From: Chiloscyllium plagiosum
Lineage: Eukaryota
Direction: 5' to 3'
DNA: 64,000 nucleotides
Assembly: GCF_004010195.1 (NCBI RefSeq)
Contig: NC_057719.1
Coordinates: forward strand, 63,510,602-63,574,601
Shown one piece after another: positions 13,546 to 26,312 of the stretch (the first letter of the stretch is position 1; every line of letters begins with the position of its first letter). The notes below the pieces were generated by a model. It saw only the letters and a list, made by a program, of their open reading frames with translations, was not told the origin of the DNA and did not search any database. Made by a program: the position numbers and the translations under genes.

Positions 13546-14440
13546 CACTTCTGCATTGATGAAGGAGCTGAAGATAGTTTGACCTAATACACACCTGTGA
13601 CTAATTCCTGTAGAGATGTCTTAGCACTGAGGAGACTGATCTCAAAAACCACAACCACCATCCTTTTGCCAGGTATGATTCTAAAATGTTTTCCTCTGAT
13701 TGTCATTAACACCAGTTTAACTCTAGGTCTTCTTGATGTCCCATTCAGTCATATGTGGCCTTATATCAAGAGCAGTCACTCTCGCCTTACCTCTGGAATT
13801 CAGCTAGGTCCATGTTTGGACCTACGTATAGTGCGTCAGGGGCAGAGTGGCCCTGGCAGAACCCAAACTGAATGTTATAGAACAGGTTGTTTCTGAGCAC
13901 ATACTCCTTAATAGCACTATTGGTGGCATTTCTATTATTCTAATGACGATTGAGAATAGACTGTTGGGTAGTAATTTGCTTGGTTAGATTTGTCTTGCTT
14001 TTGTGAACAGGACGTACTTGGGCAGTTTTCCACCTAATTGGGTAGATGTACTGGAACAGCTGGCTAGAGGTGCAGAAAATTGTGGCACACAGGTCTTCAG
14101 GACTATTGCCAGAATTTTGCCTTTGTAGCCTCCAGTCGTTTGGTGATAGTGTTGAAGTGAATCGAATTAGCTGAAGACTGACATTTATTATGCTGAGGAC
14201 CTCTGGAGGAACCGAGGTGGATTACCCGCTTGATATGTTTGGTTGAAAACTGTTGTGAGTGCATCTTTCTGCTCTTACCATGTGCTGGACTCTTCAAACA
14301 TTGAGGATGAGGATGTTTGTTGAGCCGCCTCCTCAAGTGTGTTGTTTAATTATCCATTATCATTCACAACTGGAAGTGCCAGGACGGCAGAACTTAGATC
14401 TGATCTGTTGGTTGTGCAATCATTTAGCTCTGTCTTAACA
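13546..14440 (-). mobile_element. Degenerate CR1-clade LINE RT region (second family)
   Basis: The minus strand at about 13555-13615 translates as 'TGISHRCVLGQTIFSSFIN', a decayed 'GVPQGSVLGPTIFSCFIND' RT motif. Confidence 0.7.
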
Positions 14441-16799
14441 GTTTGGCACGCAAGTTTACTAATGAAATATCAGCTACATAAGTATAATGAAACATGTCAA
14501 CTACAAAAATATACAGTTAAATTTTCTGTTATAGATAAATTTGACTGTATCTAATGCCATTAAATCCCAACTTTAATACCTCACTGTATTGTATAAGAGT
14601 ACAATATCTGAATTTTTCATCTCTTGTGACTGTGTTTGCTTTCTGTGATGTCTTTTCAGATTAAATAATTGTACCATAGATTAGTTCAAATTACAGTGTT
14701 GTTCTTTGTTGATAACTTGGTTTGTCTTGCATTATTGTGAAAATTAGCTTGAAGTTTGGAATAGTGATGCTGTCGGGTTGCATGTAAATTTATGGATAGC
14801 GCATGAATGCGTTAATCTCAGAATTGAAGGATATGTGGCACAAGTTGCAAAGTGATGCACAAAATTCTGGTTTCGGCAGAAAGTAAAAAATTCCTCATGG
14901 CATTTTTGGAGTTTATATCTTTTGTGGTTGGAGATGTGATGTCCCTAGTTTTGATATCTTTGGGATAGAGTGATGAAAGTATTTCAAATTTATGCAGGGG
15001 AAACAGAATATGTCTCTTTGAATTACACATAGTGAATTGGTTTCAACATTGGAAAGCTGAAATCTGCTTGAAGGTAAATTAGGTTGACACATGCAGACTT
15101 GCCGTGTTGAATGAACATTGCACTACAAGATATATACCCTGTTTGGTGCAGCATTAATACATAAAAGCAAAGTTGCAGTGCTGCTTTTGTAGTGTTTATC
15201 AAAGAGGAAAACATGATTCATAACTGCCTCTACATTTATCTTGACTGTTCAATAGTAAAGCAGAACAAATACGAAAGATACTTTTGTTCCTGTATCTTGG
15301 GATGCAGCAGGGTAAACTGATTGTATTTTTATAATTTAGCATTGCAAGGATATTTTGAGCATCAAATGTATTTTGAATTGAGTGGAATTAAATGATTTTC
15401 AAAAGAGACTTGGATGTACCCTCCTGCACAGTGATGTTAGTTCCGAAGAAACATCAGTTCACTGGAAAATCCGTGGATTACCTTTGGGAAAGGTAGCGTT
15501 CACAGTGCATAGGTTACAACTTGAGTGGCAAGATTATTGTATGATGAAATAAATTTACTCAGCATCTTCCTCCTCATTGACAATTGACATCTAATATACC
15601 CAAAAGAGTATCCAAAAGAAATGCAATTGTAAGTGCAGCTTAAATTTAATATTGCTTCATAAGAACAGAGCAAATATCCAGTGCCAGTAATCAGTCACTT
15701 CTACATTACACTGTAAACTGCTCTTCATAAGCTGAAAAGCTTTTGATAAATGCATCCCAGACCAGCTTCTTTGTAATGGCGAAGCTTACAGCATTCTAAC
15801 TCAAAACCTGATTTTCATGCAACATTTCACCCCTAACAAATTACAAGTCAGAAGTGCCTCATTATAATTACTATAATGGTTATTATTTTTAGAATACTAA
15901 ATTGATAATTGCTGTAATTCATTGAGCAACTCTGATTGTAATAAAGGCAACTTTATGAAAATACAGTATGTTAGTGTCTGCCAACTTTTTGGTGTTGTTT
16001 ATATTCCTATTTCTTCTAATCACTGAAGCATGAATAGAAATTGATATGTTTTAATTTATCCTGGTCAATATGTTACATATCGTACTGTAAAAAAAGAAAT
16101 GAAGTTGTTAGTTAGTAAGTCCCATAAGCCACTTAAAAATGCTGAATTTGGCTTCATAAAAATTGATTCTGTAGCTAAAATAAGGAGAATGAAAGACTTG
16201 ATTCAAGAGTTTAACTGTTGTCCTATGTATAACATGACATCAATAGAGCTTTCAACATGGGTTACAGAGTCTTAGCTTAACAGTAGTGCAACAATGGCTC
16301 TGATACTTAAGTTTAGGAAAACAACATCAACAGAACTCTTGCTTTTAATCTAAACACCATTGATTCCTGCTAAGAATTTAGCCCCCTGAGTCACAAATTC
16401 TAAAACCAGAATGTTTTGTTGCATTTGTGTAAACTGACCTTGAGGCAGTCATCTGATTACTTGCCAAATTGTTTTATACTGGTCATTCTCAAACTTATTG
16501 GTGCTACTTTAATAACCATACTAGCCTCAGCTGCTTTTACATCAATGGCTCAAAGCTTAAAATCATAGTGGTTTCAATTTTATAACTATTGTTAATGTGT
16601 GCAATAATGACTGTCTTGCCTTACATGCAGTACTGTACAATATAAGATCTAAAGCTGACCACATTTGTGAACTTGGACCAGCTAAGGAAATAACAGTTTT
16701 GCAGAGACATTTGAGTGGGTTTAGTTGTATTTTGGTATAAAACTAGCTGTGTCAAGAAGGTAATGAGAAATTATAAAATCAAGTGATCAATAAATAGAC

Positions 16800-17560
16800 G
16801 AGGCTGTAGCATAATGTTAATGTCTCTTGAATAACATTCCAAGACTCAGGCAAAGTCTGTGGGGACATGGGTTCGAATCCAACCAGAGCAGATGGTGAAA
16901 TTTGCATTCACTTAATCACTATGGAACTAAAAGATAGTCTAATAACAACCATTAAACCATTGTCAGATTTTGAAATCTGCCATCCACATGTGGTCTGGCC
17001 TACCTATGACTCCCAGTCCACAGCAAAGTGGTTGACTCTTAAATACTCTGTGAAATGCCCTAGCAAGTCAATCAGTTGTATGAAGCTGCTACAAAGTGTA
17101 AGCAAAATAAGGAAACCAGGCAGACTACCTGGCACTGACCTGGCACAAGAAATAACAGCTTAAATACATTCCTCTTGACCATTGCAAAGTCCTCTTTACT
17201 GTGATCTGGAGACTTGTGACAATATTTTGACAACTGTCACCCAGACTCGTCAAGATACAATATCTCAGACATCAGTGTTGGAGAGTATGTCCTGTCCTGC
17301 CCTTCCAGAAAGGTAATTAGAGATGATGGCACCAAGGAATATGGGAGAGAGTTACTTGGAGCTCTGGACCCAGTGAAAATTGGATATTGGGTCAATCATG
17401 GACGTAAAAACTTGTTGCCACCTTCTGGTCACCACCTCGACTGATGAATCAGTACTCCTCCATGTTGAACACCAAATGGAGATAGGATTGAGGGTGGCAT
17501 GGCACAGAATGTGCTCTAGATAGGGGACTTCAATATTTATCATGAATAATCTCAGTTCTG
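16800..17560 (+). mobile_element. tRNA-derived SINE-type head contiguous with a decayed LINE APE endonuclease
   Basis: B-box-like GGGTTCGAATCC near 16869. Body matches 45660-45980. Then 'TVIWRLVTIF*QLSPRLVK' and 'STDESVLLHVEHQMEIGLRVA..QNVL*IGDFNIYHE' (APE GDFN motif). Confidence 0.7.
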
Positions 17561-17719
17561 TGCAAACACAGCAGAAGTTCCTCAAATTGTGTTCTACACC
17601 CACCCACCTTCTGCTTGATTGTTACTTATCAGCTTCAAGCTTGAATGTTGTCCAGGTCTTGCTGATAATGGATATAGATTGCTTCACTATCTAAGGGGTT
17701 ATGAATGTTTTAATTCATG

Positions 17720-18670
17720 GTTTGTAATTAGGAATGAGTAACTCATTGGCAACATTTGCAGATGATGCAAAACAGAGAGCCAGAGCAAACGCTGAAAATA
17801 CAATATAACACAAGAAGACATTGGAAAACTTGCAAGCTGGTTAGTTAAGTAGCAAATTAACATTAACATAGCTAAATGTGAGTTGAGATGATGTGCTTTG
17901 ATAGGAGAGTAGACGTGTCACCCTGCCTTGGGCAATAAATTGAATGGGTCAAAGGTGCAAAGTGATTAAGGGACATGGGTCAACAAATCATGAAAAGCAG
18001 CACCACAGCTTAGTGGAGCAATAATATACATTAGCCAAATAATGGGATTTACTTCTTGAAATTCAAAAGTAATTAAATTTGTGTACTTGTGTGGAAGCCA
18101 GGTTATACTGTACCATGCACAGCTCTAATCTTAATACTGTAAGTTTATTGCAGAAACACCATTCGAACAGCAAAAATATCTGAGCCATGAAGTATCAGTA
18201 ACAATTTGGAAAGCAGCTTGCCTCCTGGGAATGAGTTGTTTGGCTGGCCTACAGATCCAGCTCTGTTAACATGGACAAGGGTGGGGGTGGGCAGATTTGG
18301 AACAGATTGGCTTTACATTTGTGATATCTTATATTTTTACATTCCACTTGCTGCAGAAAAAGTTGTTTTGTTGTAAGGGGTACCGTTTCCACTTGTAGGA
18401 GAATCCATAATTTGGGGCCATAAATACAAGGTACATAACATTAAGTCAAATATTTTTACTCGAGTGTTTAGATCTTGGAATTGGCTCCAGCAGGAAGAGA
18501 TTGCAGTACATAGAATACATAGTTTCAAAATAAAACTAGACTAAGCCATGAGAGAAACAGAGTTGTAAGATATGGAGAAAAATTTAAATCAGGTGATAGA
18601 ATGAAAGGCAGATTCATGAGGAGAATAAGCACTAATTTAGTCTATTTGAGTTTCTATGCTGTGCAGTTAA
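17720..18670 (+). mobile_element. Very old CR1 remnants
   Basis: 'acatttgcagatgatgcaaaa' (FADD), 'aacatagctaaatgtg' (N.xKC) and a 3' region 'tttactcgagtg..tggaattggctcc'. Confidence 0.5.
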
Positions 18671-19179
18671 GTATAAGAATCCTTTCCCTTGGCACTGAGG
18701 TAAAGCAGAGTCCAATATGAAGCCATGCTTAGCAAGTATTCAACTCGGACATTAGCCACCTGAGACAGAAACCTAGTATTGTATGTTTGTAATATTCTGG
18801 TAAGAAAATGGACTCTGTTGCTTGGATTGTCATTTAAAGAAAAATAAATAAATGTTCGTATCGGAGTTCTCTTTCAGTGGACAGAGTACGAGTTGTGGAT
18901 GATAGTAAGGTTGTAGTCTTTCCCATTACAGTTCACATTTCACTACTTACCAGTCTTCTTGCAAACTCACAGAATTCTAGGTTTCATGATAATAACTCCT
19001 GGTATTCTTCAGAATTCACAAATGTGACATCTGTAATATAGAACTTCTGGTGAAAGCTGCTTAATCAGGCTAGTGCTGAGAAATTCATTCGTGGAGTAAG
19101 TATTAAGGCAGCAACAGACATTAATAATTTATTTTCATCTCATAGCCATTTCCTGGACAATTCATGTCATAAAATCATT

Positions 19180-19570
19180 TCCTTATAATACAGAAAGAAG
19201 CTGTTTAGCTCAGTTTAAACCGTGCTAATTCTGTTTAGTCCCATTCCACTACTCCAAACTTGAAGCCTACAAATGTATTTTGTCCAGCTGACCATCTAGC
19301 TCATTTTTAAATTCATTGATTGAATGCCAGTGGATCCATCCATTTGTGGGCACAGAGTTCCAGATCATTACCATTTACCGAGTAAAAAGGTTCTTCCTCT
19401 CATCTCCCTCGCATCTCATTCCCATCTTGGAAACATCTTGTTTATCCTGTCCAACCTTCTAATAATTTTACACACCCCTATCAAATCTCCCTCAATCTCC
19501 TGTGCTCCAAAGAGAACAACCCTAGATTCTCCAATTTAACCTTGGAGTAAAAATTCTCCATTGATGGAAC
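19180..19570 (-). mobile_element. Degenerate CR1 3' fragment
   Basis: 'cctatcaaatctccctcaatctcctgtgctccaaagagaacaacccta' is the reverse complement of the L..FSLE.RRLRGDLI coding region. Confidence 0.65.
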
Positions 19571-19785
19571 ATGAAGAAATTGAGGCAGTGCAGCATCAGC
19601 CTGGAGGGAAGGAAACTTCCAGCAATGATTTACAGTTGATGGTTCACAGTCTGACCAAGAAAGTTGAGGAGAATGAGGAATGCTTCAGCCTCCTCTAGGA
19701 GTACGTGAAGAATTTGAAGGACCAGCTCAACAAAGAGAAAATCCAGTATCAGGAGAAGGAAGCAATGTACATGAAAAATGTGAGT
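19571..19785 (+). pseudogene. Isolated coiled-coil exon fragment, golgin (GOLGB1-like family), with an in-frame stop and an intact splice donor
   Basis: Translates as 'EEIEAVQHQPGGKETSSNDLQLMVHSLTKKVEENEECFSLL*EYVKNLKDQLNKEKIQYQEKEAMYMKN'. TAG at 19696-19698 and donor AAT|GTGAGT at 19779/19780. The family call is from recall only. Confidence 0.55.
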
Positions 19786-19919
19786 ACACGTTGTTATAAC
19801 CCACTAAGGTAACATGTCATACATCGAACACCACTGTTCCAGAATTGTACCAAATGCTCATTTTTTTTAAAGGTACACCCAGTGCCTTGATTGACCTGAT
19901 TTTCAGACCAAGGTTGATA

Positions 19920-20823
19920 CAAAGCATAGACTATGCACCAAAATTGGAGGTGTTGCAGGCAGTGAATAATTACAATGGGATCTTGATCAGATGGGCCAAT
20001 CGGCTGAGAAGTGGCAGTGGAGTTTAATTTAGATAAATGTGAGGTGCTGCATTTTGGGAAAGCAAATCTTAGCAGAACTTATATACTTAATGGTAAGGTC
20101 CTCGGGAGTATTGCTGAACAAAGAGACCTTGGAATGCAGGTTCATAGCTCCTTGAAAGTGGAGTTGCAGGTAGATATGATAGTGAAGAAGGCGTTTGAAA
20201 TGCTTTTCTTTATTGGTCAGAGTATTGAGTACAGGAGTTGGGAGGTCATGTTGCAACTGTACAGATTGGTTAGGCCACTGTTGGAATATTACATGCAGTT
20301 TTGGTCTCCTTCCTATCAGAAAGATGTTGTGAAACTTGAAAGGGTTCAGAAAAGATTTACAAGGATGTTGCCAGGGTTGGAGGATTTGAGCTATAGGGAG
20401 AGGCTGAACATGCTGGGGTTGTTTTGCCTGGAGCGTCGGAAGCTGAGGGGTGACCTTGGAGAGGTTTACAAAATCATGAGGCGCATGGATAGGATAAATA
20501 GACAAAGTATTTTCCTTTGGGTGGGGGAGTCCAGAACTAGAGGGCATAGGTTAGGGTGAGAAGGGAAAGATATAAAAAAGACTTAAGGGGCAACTTTTTC
20601 ACACAGAGGGTGGTGCGTGTATGGAATGAGCTGCCAGAGGAAATGGTGGAGGCTGGTGCAATTGCAACATTTAAGAGGCATCTGGATGGGTATATGAATA
20701 GGAAGGGTTTAGAGGAAAATGGCCCAGATACTGCAGGTGGGACTAGATTGGGTTGGGATATCCGGACGGCATGGACGAGCTGGACCGAAGGGTCTGTTTC
20801 CATGCTGTATATCTCTATAACTC
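19920..20823 (+). mobile_element. 5'-truncated CR1 LINE (ORF2 C-terminus, frameshifted)
   Basis: ORFs 20011-20559 and 20556-20834 contain 'FNLDKCEVLHFG...QRDLG...VRPLLEYYMQFWSP...LRGDL...FFTQRVVRVWNELP'. The tail is 'gggtctgtttccatgctgtatatctctataactct'. Confidence 0.95.
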
Positions 20824-21454
20824 TATTAAAGTAATTAACTCAACCTCTCCAAATGTTAGTTAATATTTTCTCCCTCATAAGTTCAAAAACTTTACCCATC
20901 ATTAATGTTAAACTAACTGACCTGTAGTTACTGCTTTCTTGAATGAGGGTGTCACACTGCCACTCTTCAATCCATTAGCATTTCCCCCTCCACACCACAG
21001 CCACCCCACCCCATATTAGAGGAAAACGAAAGATATTGAGGGCTATTCTTCACTTCTAACCCTGGACTGGGTGACTTATCCACTTTAATCATTCAAGCCT
21101 GTTCAGAAATTTCAGCCTCTCAATTTCTGTCTATCCATTACCTCCACCATCACTGCTTCTTCCAAAAATTAAATACTTTGACACTTGTCTCTACAGTAGT
21201 AGAAACCAGTACAAACTTCTAGCCTTGTCCTGAATCTCTGAGTGTTTCACTCTCAGAATCCCACTTAGCATTTATATGCCTGGAAAAGTTTTTTTGGTTC
21301 CGGTTTATGTGATCTGCCATTCTGTTCTCATGTTCACTCTTTGCCAATCTTATTTCCTCTTCACTCTCTTCTCCCCCCACCACCCCCAACCCCTATCTAC
21401 AAAATTTGTTCTCATTTGAAAATTCAATTAATATGCATCAAACATCCTCTTCAA

Positions 21455-21905
21455 AAGACCATAAGACATAGGAGCAGAATTAGGCCGTCCATCCCATTGC
21501 GTCTGCTCTGCCATTCAATCATGGCTGATAGGTTTTTCAACCCATTTTCCTGCTTTCTCCACATAACTTTTGATCTCCTTAGTAATCAAGAATCTATCTA
21601 TCTCTGTTTTAACTTTACTCATGACCTTGCATCCACAGCCTTCTGTGGCAATGAGTTCCAGATTCACTCTCTGGCCAAAGAAGTTTCTTCTTATCTTCGT
21701 TCTAAAAGACCTTGCCTTTACTCTAAGGCTGTGCCCACAGGTCCTCATCTCTCCTGCCAATGGAAACATCTTTCCAATGTCCACTGTGTCCAGGTCATTC
21801 AGTATTCTATAAATTTCAATCAAATCTCCCTTCATCCTTCTAAATTCCGCGTGTATAGTCCCAGAGTCCTCAAACATTCCTCATATGTTAAGCCTTTCAT
21901 TCCTG
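21455..21905 (-). mobile_element. CR1 3' fragment
   Basis: ORF 21515-21877 reads 'FRRMKGDLIEIYRIL...CGHSLRV...RRNFFGQRV'. The (CATAAGAC) tail lies near 21456-21471. Confidence 0.9.
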
Positions 21906-24199
21906 GGGCATCAGATAATTCTTCAAATTGAAACATTACTCAGGGTTCTGGAGAAAAGGCATGAGACTGGCATTAAGTTGTAATGCTTGTTTAGAGAGTT
22001 ACTAGAGATGCAATAGGCTGAACAGCCTCCCTCTGCATCATTATGATTCTATGATTCTGTCATTCACTGATCTAACATTATAAATTCTCCATGACTTAAG
22101 GCATTGATGAAGTGTTATTGCAATGAGAACTTTCTTTTTTGCCAAAACTGTATCAATCAAGTAAGATGACTTTCTGTCAAATATCATAAGGACTGATATT
22201 CCTTAAATTAAGTGTTTTTGTCTCCAAGTAGAAATGCGTAACTCTTTCAAGATTTTTGTATATTTTTAATGACTTTGGGTGTACCTATAAAATGTTTCTT
22301 TGCAATTATCTCAATGACCAGCATGTAAAAGCCATTCCTTTAGAGAATAATGAAGTTTTCTTTAATTAACTATTGTAACAGAGTTAGTGAAAATAGAATT
22401 CTGAATCTAATTTATTCGAGTTCCAGCTTTGTGTCATTTTCCTTGAGGGACTTTCTTGAAATCTACTTGCAAAAGTAATTACTTCAAGTTGGGGTCATTT
22501 GAAAGTGCCAGTTTAACCTGAAGCAAAGAAATTGCATGACCTATTCATATTAAAAAATAATAATTATGTTTTATAAATACAACTTAAACAGTAAAAATAT
22601 AACCAAAAATTATTTTATTTATATTTATTCTTTTGAAACCTCTACATTAGAACCAGTGAAAGGTAACAACTTTTTTTATTAAAAACAAGTTGCCTGAGGA
22701 GAACCATGTGAATAAATCCAAAATCTTCATTGATTCAGTTTGCCAAATAAAATGCCATTATGCTCTTTGATAGCACTTTAAATCAATATCTTTCAGCATT
22801 CATTGAAGTGCTAGTGTTGTTGATAGGAGCATTTGGTTTTTGGCTGAAAGTCCCCATGTGGTGACAATTTTTTTTATCTTGGCCTTGTAGCTTTAGGAAA
22901 GTAGTCGTCCACATAGAAGCATCGAAACTGATGGGGAAAATCATACTTCCATTGCGAACATTGGTTGAAGCTCCTCATCAAGTCACTTGACTATCCTCAG
23001 AGTGAAGATGCACAACTTATGAACACTTAAGGGGTTGAGAAATTTTCTTTTTATATGTTATCTTTAGCACACTGCAGTTTTCCTATTTTTCCCTATATAA
23101 TCTGTGCTCAGTATTTTAAAAATACGTTTTATTAAGTTAAAGTAAATGGATTGCAGATTCTTATTTCAGATTAATAAAGATAAGTCATGTCTCTGTTAAG
23201 AGCTAACATAATTAAAACAATTTTCTATTGTTACTGTATTTTTGATTTAATTTGAATTTATGAAATGTATTTATATGATTAAGCCTGGCACCTTTTCGTT
23301 TTGTCTCAGATTACCATATAAAATAACACTTAGATGAAGGTTCCAAATTATTTTGACTCCCTGTTTTACTCTTACATGTTTAATTTTGTGTTTCTTCAAA
23401 GGAGCTCTTAAAGTGAACTCGTCTCTGGATCCCATGCTTAGTGAAAGTAATCTATTTACAACACAGGAATGCTGTGAATTTATTGACATTTTTTCATAAG
23501 GGAGTTTTCAGACAATAGATCATGGAGACTTGCATTAATTGTCTTCAAACAAGTGAGTGATTGTGTAAAGTTTCAAGAATTTAAGTCGTACCTTGTGGAG
23601 TTGTAAATTACTCAGTGGTGTGGTGACTTGGCCAGTTTACTGGAAGTTATAAAGGGTCCTGTTTGTGCTTAGTGAAACACTACTGGAAATATAGTACTGG
23701 ACTTACGGTTCCATTGAAGGAATACAGCTTTAGCTTTACATGAGGAAACTGTGTGTTTTCACTGATGAATTTATATAGCTTCTGTTTTGTAATTTGTTAA
23801 TTGATGAAGCCCTTTCTTCACACACTTGGACCAAACAGAAGTGGGAAGGAGAATTTATTTTTATGTTTGCCCTTGGAATGTGAACGTGATGGACAAGGGC
23901 ATCTTAATTGTCCATCAGAAGGTAGTGGTGAGCTGCCTTCTTTTACAGCTATCGCCTCCGTACGTGGTATTTTCAGTGCTGCTAGGTAATGAAGGTATAC
24001 TTTGGCCTAGTAACCATGAAGGAATGCCATGTTTCCAAGGTGGTGAGCGACTTGGAGGGAACCTTATATGTGGTAGTATTGCCATGTAGCTGCTGTCTTT
24101 GATCTTCTAGCAGATGGAAATCATTGGCTTGGCAGGTATTGTTGAAGAACCCTTAAGAGTGCAGATGCAATGCACCTTGTAAACACTTTTGCCAAACAC

Positions 24200-25290
24200 T
24201 AACCTGTCATGAGCATGTAAGAAATATCAGTAAAAGTGGCCCATAATGGCCTCCTGAGCCTGTTCTGCTATTCAAAAATAATGGCTGACCAATCAGTTCC
24301 ACTTGCTGCTTGTTCCCTATATCTCCCAATTTCTCCATTGTTCAAAGAATCTGTTGATCTCAGCTGTGATAATATTCATTGCCACAGTCACCACTGCTCC
24401 CTGGGATAGAGAATGCCATCAATTCACAATCCTCTAAGGTGAAATTAAGTTGGAGGTGCTTACTTCCAGCTTAAATGGGTGACCCATTATTCTTAAACTG
24501 TGCACCTTGAGAGGAAACATTCTCTAAGTGTCTTGTTATAATTCCCATAGGCAATAATACATTTTAGAAATACATTTGAATTTCTCAGTGACAGGCCTGT
24601 AAGGATTCGATAACAATGTTTCAAATTCTTTGACATTTACGATAGCAAAATAAATTGGAAGCAATATTGACTATGTAAATTGTTTTTAAGCAATTTCTAC
24701 TGTAAACTAAGAAATCCTTCCTTACTTGACTTCTCTATTGGCTTGTTAAATATGGGCATTATTAAGGCTACAAGAGAACATGATATAAGAACATAATTAG
24801 GCCATTCAGCCTTTTGAATCTCTTCTGCCAATTAATCATAGGTGATCTGATGTGACATTAATGCACTTTTCAGGCCTTTCCATTATCAATAGTGATTCCC
24901 TTCTCGATCAAAATCTATCAAACTCTAAGCTTTGAATATATTCAGTGATCCAACCTCTACTGCTGTCAGGGAAAGGGAATTTCAAACAGTAATGATCCTC
25001 AGAGAAGAAGTTCCTCCTCATCTCTGTCTTAGATGGGACACCCCTTCTTTGAAAACTATTTATAAAACTTCTAGATTATCTCAAAGGAGGAGCACCCTTT
25101 TAGCTTCAACCCTGTGAAGATCTCCCAAAATCTGACACACTTCACTGAGATAATTTCTCATTTATGAGTTTAGGCCCAACCAGCTTAACCTTTCTTCCTA
25201 AGACAACTCCTAAATCCCAGGTGTCAACCGAGTGAATCCTCTCATAACTGTCCTCAATGCAAGAATGCCCCTCCTTAAGTAATGTAAGCA
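24200..25290 (-). mobile_element. Two degenerate CR1 3' fragments
   Basis: Tail motifs near 24215-24290 and 24775-24850 ('ggccattcagccttttgaatc...ccaattaat') followed by typical antisense CR1 bodies. Confidence 0.6.
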
Positions 25291-25737
25291 AAGCAAGATA
25301 AAAATACTCACTCAGATTCAGTTTTATTTGCTGAGTTCACAGTGGAACTTAATTAAGCTAAATGAATTAGTGATCACTTTAACCCAGACATTGAATTTTT
25401 CAAGGATTCTTATTGAACACAGACACTAGAACCCCTTTGCCAGTGAAATGCTGTTAATTCACTGATTGTGCCCTGGGAAATTGTTTTTAAACTTATGCAG
25501 AAAAATAATTCATGAAAGGAACCAAAATTTCTCAGGGTTTGTTTTTAAATAAATGCTGGTCATACAGAATTTAAGCATTTCTAAAAGGAGGCTAGAAGTT
25601 GAAGCTTCTCATCTTGCACTCATCAGAACGAGGACGTGAGAAGCAGACTTGAGAAAAGAGCTGCTGCTTTTTACAGAATGAGAAGAGGATACTATGTTAT
25701 GGAGGCAAAAGAAATTTGTATGTACACTGTACTTGTT

Positions 25738-26300
25738 TGTTGAAGAAATTCTCTAGGAGTCAGACCTTGAGCATTAATAGACTTTATTACATGTTCTTGG
25801 GGAATATGTCATGCCTCACTGAGGGGGGGGGGTGTGGGGTGTGGTGGGGAGGCAGGCATAGTCTGGTGTAATACAAAATCTTACAGTTTATATAGTGTAT
25901 TAAGCAGGGGCTGACTATCACTCACGAAAGTCATGAGGTCGAGTGATATCAACGGTCAGTCCAAGTTGTGCTCATAGATGTTTCCTTATCAAGCGGGGCT
26001 GAAGGATTAGCAAACACTCTATGTTTGCACCAGGTCCTGCAAGAATCGGGAAGATAAGTGACACAGGCTACAGGAATCAGAACGATAAGTGACACAATGA
26101 GCCATACATCATTACAAAAGCAGAACTAGTCTAGGTCTGGGGGAAAGCAAGGATTCTCAAGTAGTTGCAAGGTTATTTTAGCAAAACAGCTAAGGCAGCA
26201 CTTCTCCAAACAGGAATGTCAGCAATTTTTGCTTTGCCCTGTGAGACCAGTTATGTGACAAGATTGCTGCAGTTTGAGGGTGCCAAATTCTCCTCCACCA
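25738..26300 (-). mobile_element. ERV 3' LTR (about 563 bp)
   Basis: Starts TG directly after the PPT and ends ...AATTTCTTCAACA. Imperfect terminal inverted repeat (TGGTGGAGGAGAATT versus TGTTGAAGAAATT). TATATAAA at 25894-25887 and AATAAA at 25788-25783. A 13-bp U3 repeat GATAAGTGACACA occurs at 26053 and 26084. Confidence 0.8.
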
Positions 26301-26312
26301 TCCTTCCTCTTT

